DNA of 51,486 nt, taken from NCBI GenBank assembly GCA_039931635.1, contig JBDTRO010000279.1, forward strand, positions 1-51,486, written 5' to 3'. Source of the DNA: Betaproteobacteria bacterium (GTDB lineage: Bacteria; Pseudomonadota; Gammaproteobacteria; Burkholderiales; SG8-39). Positions 35,834 to 44,506 of the stretch are shown piece by piece; within the stretch, counting starts at the first letter, position 1, and each line of letters starts with the position of its first letter. A program made the position numbers and the translations under genes. The notes beneath the pieces were generated by a model. That model did not search any database. It saw only the letters and a program-made list of their open reading frames with translations, and was not told where the DNA came from.

Positions 35834-36711
35834 AACGAGCCTCTCTTTACAGCAGTTCGCGCCCGAAGGCGGCGAGCGAGGTATTGCCGCCGCAGCAGAT
35901 CGCAGCCAAACGCAAACCAGGGGAGTGGCTGCGCAGGCACCGTGTCCCGTTACTCGCCGCGACGCCCGGCGCGCTCGCGCTGCTATTTGTGCTGGCGCAA
36001 TGGGGAGGCACGCTTTCCCCGCAGCGGTTGACGCAGGAGGACATCGACGCGGCAGTCACCAGCGCGCTCGAGACCGTACCCCTGCCGTCGGTCGCAACCA
36101 AGGCTTACGAAGCAGTGCGCGGCTCGGTGGTTCGCGTGCGGGGATTCGTGATCGGACCGGATGGCGACGAGTTGCAGTCCAGCGTCGGCACGGGCGTGGT
36201 GATCCTCGACACCGGAGTAATCCTCACCAACATCCACGTGGTGGCAGGCGCCAGGCGCATCAGCCTTACGTTCGCCACCGGCATGGAATCGGATGCCGTG
36301 GTTACCGGTACGCGCCCGCAGGATGATCTCGCGGTGCTGCAGGCGGTCACCATTCCCGACGATCTGATGGCCGCTACGCTGCAATCCACGAGCGGCTTGT
36401 CGCCGGGCGACCATGTCACCGCGGTCGGTTTTCCCTTCGGCTTCGGGCCGTCGGTCTCCTCGGGCGTGGTCTCCGGATTGGGGCGCGAATTCCGCAACCC
36501 CGAAGGCCAGCGCGTCCTCACCAATTTGATCCAGTTCGATGCGGCGGCGAATCCCGGCAACTCCGGCGGTCCGCTGGTGAATGCGTCGGGCGAGGTGGTC
36601 GGCATCGTCACCGGGATACTCAATCCGACCCAGCAGCGCGTATTCGTCGGCATCGGCTTTGCCGTGCCGATTGAAAACGCCGCCATGGCAGTGGGCGTGC
36701 CGCCGTTCTAA
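35830..36711 (+). CDS. Membrane-anchored trypsin-like serine protease (S1C/HtrA-like, no PDZ domain)
   Basis: ATGA overlap with the CoxL-like stop. N-terminal TM LLAATPGALALLFVLAQW. Triad context TNIHVV / DDLAVLQ / GNSGGPLV. Confidence 0.8.
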   Translation: MKRASLYSSSRPKAASEVLPPQQIAAKRKPGEWLRRHRVPLLAATPGALALLFVLAQWGGTLSPQRLTQEDIDAAVTSALETVPLPSVATKAYEAVRGSVVRVRGFVIGPDGDELQSSVGTGVVILDTGVILTNIHVVAGARRISLTFATGMESDAVVTGTRPQDDLAVLQAVTIPDDLMAATLQSTSGLSPGDHVTAVGFPFGFGPSVSSGVVSGLGREFRNPEGQRVLTNLIQFDAAANPGNSGGPLVNASGEVVGIVTGILNPTQQRVFVGIGFAVPIENAAMAVGVPPF

Positions 36712-36725
36712 CCTGGAGCAGGGCA

Positions 36726-37700
36726 ATGGAAAAGATCCTCTACGAGGTCAAGAAAATCGTCGTTGGCCAGGACCACTTCCTGGAGCGCGTCATGGTGGCG
36801 ATCCTGGCGCAGGGCCACCTGCTGGTCGAAGGCGTACCGGGCCTCGCGAAGACGCTCACCGTGAAGACGCTGGCGCGCACCATTCGCGGCACCTTCCGCC
36901 GCATCCAGTTCACGCCGGATCTGGTGCCCGCCGACCTCGTTGGAACGCGCATCTACAGCCAGAAGACCGGCGAATTCTCGACTTCGCTCGGGCCCGTGTT
37001 CACCAACCTGCTGCTGGCGGACGAAATCAACCGGGCGCCGGCCAAGGTGCAGAGCGCGCTGCTGGAAGTGATGCAGGAACGGCAGGTGACCATTGCGGGC
37101 GAAACGCACAAGGTCCCCGAACCATTCCTCGTGATGGCGACGCAGAACCCGATCGAAACCGAAGGCACCTATCCGCTGCCCGAGGCGCAGGTGGACCGCT
37201 TCATGATGAAGGTGCTGGTTGGCTATCCGACCGAGGAGGAGGAATTCGTTATCGTCGAAAGGGTGACGGGCGTCGAGAACGCCGTGGCCGCGGTGAGCAG
37301 CACCGATGAACTGGCCGCGCTGCAGCGCGAATGCCGCAAGGTGTATGTCGATCCGTCGCTGATCAAGTTCGCGGTGAAACTGGCGGCCGCGACGCGCGAT
37401 CCCGCACGGCACGGCCTGGCGGATCAGGCAAAATTCATCTCCTTCGGCGTCAGCCCGCGCGGCCCGATCCATCTCATCGAGGGTTCCCGCGCGCTCGCCT
37501 ACCTGCGCGGCCGCACCTATGTCCTGCCGCAGGACGTGATCGATCTGGTGCCCGACGTGTTCCGGCACCGCCTGGTGCTGACCTACGAAGCGCTGGCCGA
37601 GGCGATCACGGCGGATGAACTGGTGCACCGCTTCCTGCGCAAGATCCCGGCGCCGGAAAAGCCGCTGGAGACCCATGTCAGCGTTGCTGAAAAATCCTGA
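36726..37700 (+). CDS. MoxR-family AAA+ ATPase
   Basis: Walker A GVPGLAKT, Walker B LLADEINRA, plus ATQNPIETEGTYPLPEAQVDRF. Confidence 0.9.
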   Translation: MEKILYEVKKIVVGQDHFLERVMVAILAQGHLLVEGVPGLAKTLTVKTLARTIRGTFRRIQFTPDLVPADLVGTRIYSQKTGEFSTSLGPVFTNLLLADEINRAPAKVQSALLEVMQERQVTIAGETHKVPEPFLVMATQNPIETEGTYPLPEAQVDRFMMKVLVGYPTEEEEFVIVERVTGVENAVAAVSSTDELAALQRECRKVYVDPSLIKFAVKLAAATRDPARHGLADQAKFISFGVSPRGPIHLIEGSRALAYLRGRTYVLPQDVIDLVPDVFRHRLVLTYEALAEAITADELVHRFLRKIPAPEKPLETHVSVAEKS

Positions 37701-38610
37701 GCAGATCCTGCGCCGGCTGGAGTGGACGGTCATCCGCCGTCTGGACGGCCTGCTGCACGGCGACTACCGGACCCTGTTCCGCGGCACGGGGCTCGACCTG
37801 GCCGACCTGCGCGAGTACCAGTATCACGACGACGTGCGTCATATCGACTGGAACGTGACCGCGCGCCTGCAGACCCCGTACGTACGCGAATTTCACGAAG
37901 ACCGGGAGGTGACCGCCTGGTTTTTGCTGGATCTCAGCCCCTCGGTGGATTTCGGCTCGCGGACCAGGAAGCGCGCTGTCTCCACCGAGTTCATTGCCGT
38001 GCTCGCACGCCTCTTGACGCGCCAGGGCAACCGGGTCGGGACCTTGTTCTACGGCGACCGGGTGGATACCGTGATCCCGGCGCGTGGCGGCAGGCGCCAT
38101 GTGTTGAGCGTGCTGCACAAGCTGATGGCGCGCCCGGAACAGCAGGGATCGGAAGGAACCGACCTGCGGGAATTCCTGCGTACCGCCTTCCAGGTGATGC
38201 GGCGGCGCTCGATCGTATTCATCGTGTCGGACTTTTTCAGCGCGCCCGGCTGGGCGGAACCGCTCGCGCACCTGTCGCAGCGCCACGAGGTGGTGGCGGT
38301 GCGCCTTTACGACCCGCTTGAGCGTGAGCTGCCCGACATGGGCATGCTGGTGATGCAGGATTCCGAGACCGGCGAGCAGTTGTTCGTGGATACGCACGAC
38401 AAGGGGTTCCGCAAGCGCTTCGCCTCGGTTGCCGAGCGGCGCGAGCGGGAACTGCGCCTTGCGCTTTCGCGCGCGGGCGTGGATTGCCTGGAGCTGTCCA
38501 CCGACGGCGACCTGGTGGATGCGCTGATGCGCTTTGCCGACCTGCGCAAGCGCCGCAGCCGCCTCGCGGGTGGGGGAAGTATCCCGAAGCACCTGGAGAA
38601 GGTGGCATGA
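37675..38610 (+). CDS. DUF58-domain protein (MoxR partner)
   Basis: Internal ATG 37675, overlapping moxR by 26 nt. LREYQYHDDVRHIDWNVTARL is the DUF58 signature. Confidence 0.8.
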   Translation: MSALLKNPEQILRRLEWTVIRRLDGLLHGDYRTLFRGTGLDLADLREYQYHDDVRHIDWNVTARLQTPYVREFHEDREVTAWFLLDLSPSVDFGSRTRKRAVSTEFIAVLARLLTRQGNRVGTLFYGDRVDTVIPARGGRRHVLSVLHKLMARPEQQGSEGTDLREFLRTAFQVMRRRSIVFIVSDFFSAPGWAEPLAHLSQRHEVVAVRLYDPLERELPDMGMLVMQDSETGEQLFVDTHDKGFRKRFASVAERRERELRLALSRAGVDCLELSTDGDLVDALMRFADLRKRRSRLAGGGSIPKHLEKVA

Positions 38611-39659
38611 AGCTCTTCAGCTTCGCCTGGCCGGAGATGCTCTGGCTGCTCCTCCTCCTTCCGGCGCTGATCGGCCTGTACGTCTGGCTGCTGAGGCGCA
38701 AGCGCAAGGGCGCGGTGCGCTATGCCAACCTCGGCATGATCAAGGAGGCGATGGGCGTGGGCTCGAAATTCCGGCGGCACGTGCCGCCGGTCCTGTTCCT
38801 GCTCGCGATTGCAATGCTGATCGTCGCGATGGCGCGGCCCTCTGCAACCGTCACGCTGCCGACCCAGAAGCAGACCATCGTCCTGGCGCTGGATGCTTCC
38901 GGCAGCATGCGCGCCAAGGACGTCCTGCCCAGCCGGCTCGAGGCGGCACAGGCCGCGGCCAAGCAGTTCGTCGCCGATCTTCCCACCAAGGCACAGGTCG
39001 GCATCGTCACCTTTGCGGCGACCGCGACCCTGGTGCAGCCACCGACCAACGACCGCGAGGCCATCAACGCCGCCATCGACCGGATGCAGCTGCAACGCGC
39101 TACCGCCACCGGCAGCGGCCTGATCGTGTCGCTCGCGACCCTGTTTCCGGATGCCGGCTTCGATGTCAGCACCGCGCTATTCGGCCGCGACGCGCCGCGC
39201 AATGCGCCCATCGGCGAAGGCAGGAAGGATCCGAAGAAGGATTTCAAACCGGTGCCGCCGGGTTCCTACAATTCGGCGGTGATCATCCTCCTCACCGACG
39301 GGCAGCGGACCACCGGCCCGGATCCGATCGAAATCGCCAAGATGGCCGCCGACCGCGGCGTGCGCGTCTACACGGTGGGCTTCGGCACCACCTCGGGAGA
39401 GGTGATCGGCTTCGAAGGCTGGTCTTTCCGCGTGCGACTGGACGAAGAGACCCTCAAGACCATTGCCACCATGACCCAGGGCGAATATTTCCATGCCGGC
39501 ACCGCCGCCGACCTGAAGAAAGTCTACGAGACCCTGAATTCCAGGCTCAGCCTGGAGAAGAAGGAAACCGAAGTCACCGCGCTCTTCTCCGCCGTCGCCG
39601 CGCTTCTCACGCTGCTCGCGGGCCTGCTTTCGATCCTCTGGTTCAACCGGATTCTGTAA
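38607..39659 (+). CDS. BatA-like membrane protein with a von Willebrand factor A domain
   Basis: ATGA overlap with the DUF58 gene. N-terminal TMs (FSFAWPEMLWLLLLLPALIGLYVWLL). MIDAS motif LALDASGSM. C-terminal TM. Confidence 0.85.
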   Translation: MKLFSFAWPEMLWLLLLLPALIGLYVWLLRRKRKGAVRYANLGMIKEAMGVGSKFRRHVPPVLFLLAIAMLIVAMARPSATVTLPTQKQTIVLALDASGSMRAKDVLPSRLEAAQAAAKQFVADLPTKAQVGIVTFAATATLVQPPTNDREAINAAIDRMQLQRATATGSGLIVSLATLFPDAGFDVSTALFGRDAPRNAPIGEGRKDPKKDFKPVPPGSYNSAVIILLTDGQRTTGPDPIEIAKMAADRGVRVYTVGFGTTSGEVIGFEGWSFRVRLDEETLKTIATMTQGEYFHAGTAADLKKVYETLNSRLSLEKKETEVTALFSAVAALLTLLAGLLSILWFNRIL

Positions 39660-39664
39660 TTCGC

Positions 39665-40915
39665 CTAGCGCCGCAACGGTTCCACTTCCGGCCGGCGCCC
39701 GCTGATGAGGTCGGCCACGATGCGGCCCGAGCCGCAGGCGTGCGTCCAGCCCAGCGTGCCGTGGCCGGTATTGAGGAAGAGATTCGGGTATTTCGTGCGC
39801 CCGATGTAGGGGATATTGCTCGGCGTCGAGGGCCTGAGGCCGGTCCAGAACTGCGCCTTTGCCGGGTCGCCTGCATCCGGGAAGAGATCCATCGTGCGCT
39901 TCACGATTGCCTCGCAGCGCACCGTGTTGATGTCCAGGTTGTAGCCCGTGAGCTCGGCGGTGCCGGCGACACGCAGCCGGTCGCCCAGGCGCGAGTACAC
40001 CAGCTTGTGCTCGTCGTCAGTAAGCGAGACCGACCAGGCCGCCTTCGGATCTTTTACCGGCATGGTTACCGAGTAGCCCTTGGCGGGGTAGATGGCGAGG
40101 GATATGCCCAGCGTGCTGGCGAATAGCGGCGAGTAGCTGCCCAGCGCGAGGACGTAAGCGTCGGCGCGGATGGTTTCGGGCCGGCCGTCCTTGCGCAGGA
40201 TCTCGATCCCGGTGATCTCCTGTCCCGCGGCGGAAATGCGCTTTAGTTCAACGCCAAAATCGAACAGCACGCCTCGTTGCGCGCCGAGTCCGGCCAGTTC
40301 AGTGGTGAATTTGTGCGCGTCGCCGGATTCGTCGCTGTCGGAGTAGGTGCCGCCGGCCAGCAGGTGCTTGCAGGAGGCAAGCGCGGGCTCGATCGCGGCG
40401 CATTCCTCCGGCGTTTTCAGCTGCCGGTCCATGCCCATGGCGCGCATGAGTCCGGCGGGCGCCTTGCAGGCCTCGAATTCCTCCGGATCGGTATACAGGT
40501 GCAGGATGCCGCGCGTTAGCTCGTCGTAATGGATGCCGGTTTCCCGCCGCAGTTCCTGGAGCGAGGCGCGGCTGTACATGCCCAGCTTCACCAGCGCGGC
40601 GGTGTTGTGCCTGGCGCGCGCTGGCAGGCATTCGATCAGGAACTGCAGTCCCCACAGCCACTGGCGATAGTCGGCCCGGAGGCGAAAGAGCAGCGGCGCA
40701 TCCTCGCGCGCCAGCCACTTGAGGACCTTCAGTGGAGCGCCCGGGTTGGCCCAGGGTTCAGCGTGGCTGACCGAGATCTGGCCGCCATTGGCGAAGCTGG
40801 TTTCCATGCCGGCGGCCGCCTGGCGCTCGAGCACCGTGACGTCGTGCCCGGCGGCGCGCAGGTACCAGGCGCTGGCGGTGCCTTCGAGGCCGGCGCCGAG
40901 CACGATGACCTTCAT
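39665..40915 (-). CDS. dadA: D-amino-acid dehydrogenase (FAD)
   Basis: Internal ATG 40915 (MKVIVLGAGLEGTASAWYL, a dinucleotide fold). 416 aa. The tracked 120-codon N-terminal extension is spurious. ATGA overlap with the upstream gene. Confidence 0.85.
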   Translation of the reverse strand: MKVIVLGAGLEGTASAWYLRAAGHDVTVLERQAAAGMETSFANGGQISVSHAEPWANPGAPLKVLKWLAREDAPLLFRLRADYRQWLWGLQFLIECLPARARHNTAALVKLGMYSRASLQELRRETGIHYDELTRGILHLYTDPEEFEACKAPAGLMRAMGMDRQLKTPEECAAIEPALASCKHLLAGGTYSDSDESGDAHKFTTELAGLGAQRGVLFDFGVELKRISAAGQEITGIEILRKDGRPETIRADAYVLALGSYSPLFASTLGISLAIYPAKGYSVTMPVKDPKAAWSVSLTDDEHKLVYSRLGDRLRVAGTAELTGYNLDINTVRCEAIVKRTMDLFPDAGDPAKAQFWTGLRPSTPSNIPYIGRTKYPNLFLNTGHGTLGWTHACGSGRIVADLISGRRPEVEPLRR

Positions 40916-41769
40916 TTGAACGGCCGTTCGTCCCACCAGGGATAGAAGGGCGGCATATCGCTGCTCGGCTTCATGCCGAAGCGCGGCGCGCGCTTTTCCT
41001 TGAAGGCGGTGATGCCTTCCTTGACGTCGGGCGAGGCGCCCATCGCGAAGATGCCGCGCGAGTCCACCTTGTGCGCCTCCATCGGGTGGTCGGCGCCCGC
41101 CATGCGCCAGAGCATCTGGCGGGCCAGCGCAACCGCAACCGGCGAAGTGTTGTCCGCGATCTCCCTCGCCAGCGTCTGCGCGGCGGGCAGGAGTTCGTCC
41201 GGCGCGACGACTCGGGAAACCAGGCCGCCCGCCAGCGCCTCGTCGGCGCCGAAGACGCGCCCGGTGTAAAGCCACTCCGCGGCGCGGCTGATGCCGACTA
41301 CTTTGGGCAGGAACCAGCTCGAGCAGGCTTCGGGCACGATGCCGCGGCGGGCGAACACGAAACCGAACTTCGCCGCGCTCGAAGCGATGCGGATGTCCAT
41401 CGGCAGCGTCATGGTGACGCCCACGCCGACCGCCGGGCCGTTGATCGCCGCGATGACCGGTTTTTTCAGCCCGTAGATGGCCAGCGACACGCGGCCGCCG
41501 CCGTCGCGGTGGTCCTCCAGGCCGGCGTCGTCGCGTTTCGCATAGTCGAACGTGCTGCCTCCGCCAGAAAGGTCCGCGCCGGCGCAGAACGCACGCCCGG
41601 CACCGGTGACGATCACGGCGCGCACCCCATCGTCGGCATCGGCGCTCGCGAAAGCGCCGATCAGCTCGTCGCGCATGCGCCGCGTGAAGGCGTTCAGCTT
41701 GTCGGGGCGGTTGAGCGTGACCGTGGCGACGCGGTCCTGCACGGCGTAGAGAATTTCGAGGCAGTCCAT
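40912..41769 (-). CDS. Enoyl-CoA hydratase/isomerase (crotonase) family protein
   Basis: Internal ATG 41769. VATVTLNRPDKLNAF...VIVTGAGRAFCAGADL. Confidence 0.85.
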   Translation of the reverse strand: MDCLEILYAVQDRVATVTLNRPDKLNAFTRRMRDELIGAFASADADDGVRAVIVTGAGRAFCAGADLSGGGSTFDYAKRDDAGLEDHRDGGGRVSLAIYGLKKPVIAAINGPAVGVGVTMTLPMDIRIASSAAKFGFVFARRGIVPEACSSWFLPKVVGISRAAEWLYTGRVFGADEALAGGLVSRVVAPDELLPAAQTLAREIADNTSPVAVALARQMLWRMAGADHPMEAHKVDSRGIFAMGASPDVKEGITAFKEKRAPRFGMKPSSDMPPFYPWWDERPFK

Positions 41770-41803
41770 GGGAGGGATTTTATTCCCACGCATACAATTG
41801 GGC

Positions 41804-42616
41804 ATGACCGAGAAGGACAAAGTCGACGACTCCGGCCAATTCATCAAGAAGATGGATGGGCAGTTGCTCGGCTGGGACCAGCCGGCCGCGCGCCTGCGCG
41901 AAGCCCTCGACTACGACCATTTCCGCCTTTATGCGCAGCCAATCGTCGCGTTGGCACCGCCGGGCGGGATCGCGCTCGCCGAAGTGCTGGTGCGACTGCG
42001 CGAGGAGGAGACGCGGATGCTGCCGCCGGGCGATTTCCTGCCGGCCTTCGAGCATTACAAGATGATGGGGGAACTGGACCGCTGGGTGGTGCGCAGCGCC
42101 CTCCGGCGGCTGGAGCACGGCGGCACCGTCAAGCGCCTGACGGTCAATGTGTCAGGCCAGACCATGGAGGAACCGGGCTTCGTGGCCTTTGTCGCGGTAC
42201 AGCTGCGGCTGGCGTCGCTCGATCCGGCCTCCCTGGTGTTCGAAATCGACGAAAACGACGCGCTGGACCGGCGCCCGGCGGCCGAGCGCTTCGCCGCCGA
42301 GATGAAGGGTATCGGCTGCCAGCTGCTGCTGGACGGCTTCGCGCGCCGCTCGGTGTCCTTCGAGCCGCTCAAGGCACTGCTGGTGGATTACGTCAAGGTG
42401 GACGGCAGCATCATCCGCAACATCCTGCGCTCGGGCAGCGCCGTGGCGAAGCTGAAGGCGATCCTGCGCGTGGGCCAGGTCACCGGGGTGAAGGTGATCG
42501 CCGAATGTGTGGAGGACGCCGACGTGCTGGCACACCTGAAGCTGCTGAAGGCCGATTACGTGCAGGGATTCGGTGTGCACAAGCCCGAACCGATCGACGA
42601 ATTGTTCAAAACCTGA
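41804..42616 (+). CDS. Stand-alone EAL-domain protein with a degenerate DDFGTG loop
   Basis: Internal ATG 41804. FRLYAQPIV...EVLVRL...VNVS...FEIDEND...LLLDGFARR...VKVD...AECVE...VQGF. Confidence 0.75.
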   Translation: MTEKDKVDDSGQFIKKMDGQLLGWDQPAARLREALDYDHFRLYAQPIVALAPPGGIALAEVLVRLREEETRMLPPGDFLPAFEHYKMMGELDRWVVRSALRRLEHGGTVKRLTVNVSGQTMEEPGFVAFVAVQLRLASLDPASLVFEIDENDALDRRPAAERFAAEMKGIGCQLLLDGFARRSVSFEPLKALLVDYVKVDGSIIRNILRSGSAVAKLKAILRVGQVTGVKVIAECVEDADVLAHLKLLKADYVQGFGVHKPEPIDELFKT

Positions 42617-42636
42617 CCGGATGCACAACTTCAAAT

Positions 42637-42666
42637 TTGCATAGATTTGCGCAAAGGTGTATTAAT
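42637..42666 (+). promoter_or_regulatory. Sigma-70-like promoter (TTGCAT-N17-TATTAA[T]) about 200 nt upstream of the poly-Lys micro-ORF
   Basis: TTGCAT at 42637..42642, a 17-nt spacer, then TATTAA at 42660..42665, with a TG 1-2 nt upstream of the -10. It sits in an AT-richer spacer after the EAL gene. Confidence 0.4.
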
Positions 42667-42872
42667 CACACCGTGCTGACTACCGAATCTCATCTTGTTG
42701 CCTAGTTCAAGGCCAATCGTTGCATTCGGTATTCCCGTTGTCACCAACGCTTTTCCCCATCTGATTTCCGCATTCGTTGCGACGAGGCTTGCCTCGCCGC
42801 ATGGATCGCTTGTGCCTTTCCTTTTGGAAAGACCAGGCGTGACTGTTCCCCCAAACCTCTAAGGAGCCGATC

Positions 42873-42917
42873 ATGGCGAAGAAAAAAGCCAAGAAAAAAG
42901 GCAAAAAAAAGAAGTAG
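42873..42917 (+). CDS. 14-codon poly-lysine micro-ORF (MAKKKAKKKGKKKK)
   Basis: ATG 42873 is preceded by consensus SD AAGGAG (42861..42866) at 6-nt spacing. TAG at 42915..42917. A long hairpin follows 9 nt later. The run is strikingly A-rich within a GC-rich genome. Not in the ORF track (too short). Confidence 0.4.
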   Translation: MAKKKAKKKGKKKK

Positions 42918-42926
42918 TTGGAACAT

Positions 42927-42961
42927 CCGCGGAACAGCCCGGTCTCCGGGCCGTTCCGCGG
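42927..42961. terminator. 16-bp stem hairpin (one mismatch, TCT loop) between the micro-ORF and the convergent acyl-CoA synthetase gene
   Basis: CCGCGGAACAGCCCGG-tct-CCGGGCCGTTCCGCGG. It lies 7 nt beyond the synthetase stop (42969) on the other strand. No adjacent T-run on the plus strand. Confidence 0.55.
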
Positions 42962-42968
42962 GCGCCAA

Positions 42969-44495
42969 TCAGTTGACGCGGCGTGTCCTGCCCCTCCAGT
43001 AAGGCTCCCGCAGCACCCGTTTCAGGATTTTCCCGGTCGGGTTGCGTGGAATCGTCTCCAGGAAGTCCACCGAAGCCGGGCACTTGTAGTGCGCGATGCG
43101 ATCGCGCATGAAGCCGATGATGTCCGCCGCCGTTGCCGGGGCGCCGGGCTTCAGCACGACGCAGGCCTTCACCGCTTCGCCCCATTTTTCGTCCGGCACG
43201 CCGATTACCGCGCTGTCGGCCACCGCCGGGTGCAGCATCAGCGCGTTTTCGACCTCGGCCGGATAGATGTTCTCGCCGCCGGACACGATCATGTCCTTGA
43301 TGCGGTCGTGCAGGAACAGGTACCCCTCCTTCAGGTAGCCCGCGTCGCCTGACCGGAACCAGCCCATCCCGTCCGGCCGGCGATCCACGAAGGCGTCGCC
43401 GGTGGCCTTCGGGTTGGCCCAGTAGCCTTTCATGTTCTGCGCGCAGCGGATCCAGACCTCGCCGACTTCGCCCTGCGCGCAGTCTCGGCCCGCCGCGTCC
43501 GCCACCCTCAGTTCGACCCCGTCGATCGGCTTGCCAGCCGAGCGCAGCAGATCCTTCTTCGGCCCCGCCGGGTCATGGTCCTCCGGCGGCAGGCAGGTGA
43601 TGGCGCCGGTGGTCTCGGTCAGGCCGTAGACCTGCATGAAGTGGCATTTGAAAGTGCGCATCGCGTCCAGAAGCACTGTCTCGGTGATCGGCGAGGCGCC
43701 GTAGGAGATGCCCTTCAGCGAGGAAAAATCCGCCTTTTCGGCACCCGGCACCTGCAGCATGAATTGAATCATCGCGGGCACCAGGAAGGAGTGCGTGATG
43801 CGGTGCTCGGCGATGGCGGCGACCACCTTCGCCGGATCGAAGTCCGGGAACAGCACGCTCATGCCGCCCTTGGAGGCGGTGAGCAGCGCGACCCCGATGC
43901 CGGCGATGTGATACGTCGGCAGCGCGTTCAGCATCACGTCCGGCGCGCCGTCGTAGCCGATCGCCTTCGACACTGACTGCACCATGCTCACCATCAGGTT
44001 GCGGTGCGTCAATTCCACGCCTTTCGGCAGCCCGGTGGTGCCGGAGGAGTAGAGCTGGAGGGCCGTGTCGTCTAGATTGACTTGAATTTGACCTTTCAAT
44101 TCATCGAATTTTCCATACCAGGCCGGAAAATCCTCCGTGATAAAAGTCCTGATTTTTCCGTAGGGAAACGCGCGATCGGCCATCATCAGCCTGGCCTGCC
44201 CGTTTTCCACGATGTAGTCGATCTCAGGCGGCGCGAGGCGCCAGTTCACCGGCATGCAGACCGCGCCGACCTTGTTCGCGCCCAGCACCAGCACCACGCA
44301 GTCGGCGGTGCGCTTGGTCAGGCAGGCGACGCGGTCGCCGGCCACGATGCCCAGGCTTTTCAGGCCCGCGGCGATCCGGTTCGAGGCGTCGTCCAGTTCG
44401 GCGAAGGTCCAGCGGCGCGAAGGCGTCCAGTAGGCGGCGTCGCTGCCCTTGACGCGCGCGTGCCGGACGATCGCCTCCAGTACGGTTTCGGTCAT
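42969..44495 (-). CDS. AMP-dependent acyl-CoA synthetase/ligase
   Basis: LYSSGTTGLPKGV, GEVWIRC...GYW and FRSGDAGY...DRIKDMI. I prefer ATG 44495 (AGGAAG 8 nt upstream) over the tracked GTG 44519, which would overlap the upstream gene. Confidence 0.85.
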   Translation of the reverse strand: MTETVLEAIVRHARVKGSDAAYWTPSRRWTFAELDDASNRIAAGLKSLGIVAGDRVACLTKRTADCVVLVLGANKVGAVCMPVNWRLAPPEIDYIVENGQARLMMADRAFPYGKIRTFITEDFPAWYGKFDELKGQIQVNLDDTALQLYSSGTTGLPKGVELTHRNLMVSMVQSVSKAIGYDGAPDVMLNALPTYHIAGIGVALLTASKGGMSVLFPDFDPAKVVAAIAEHRITHSFLVPAMIQFMLQVPGAEKADFSSLKGISYGASPITETVLLDAMRTFKCHFMQVYGLTETTGAITCLPPEDHDPAGPKKDLLRSAGKPIDGVELRVADAAGRDCAQGEVGEVWIRCAQNMKGYWANPKATGDAFVDRRPDGMGWFRSGDAGYLKEGYLFLHDRIKDMIVSGGENIYPAEVENALMLHPAVADSAVIGVPDEKWGEAVKACVVLKPGAPATAADIIGFMRDRIAHYKCPASVDFLETIPRNPTGKILKRVLREPYWRGRTRRVN

Positions 44496-44506
44496 CGCGG
44501 CGCTTC

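Noticed and set aside
42873-42917. Reading the A-rich run merely as the U-tract of the convergent acyl-CoA synthetase terminator
   Set aside because: Not fully rejected, but judged less likely. On the minus strand the T-runs start about 16 nt after the hairpin rather than abutting it. This reading also does not explain the consensus AAGGAG at ideal spacing from an ATG. I keep it as the main alternative explanation for the micro-ORF.
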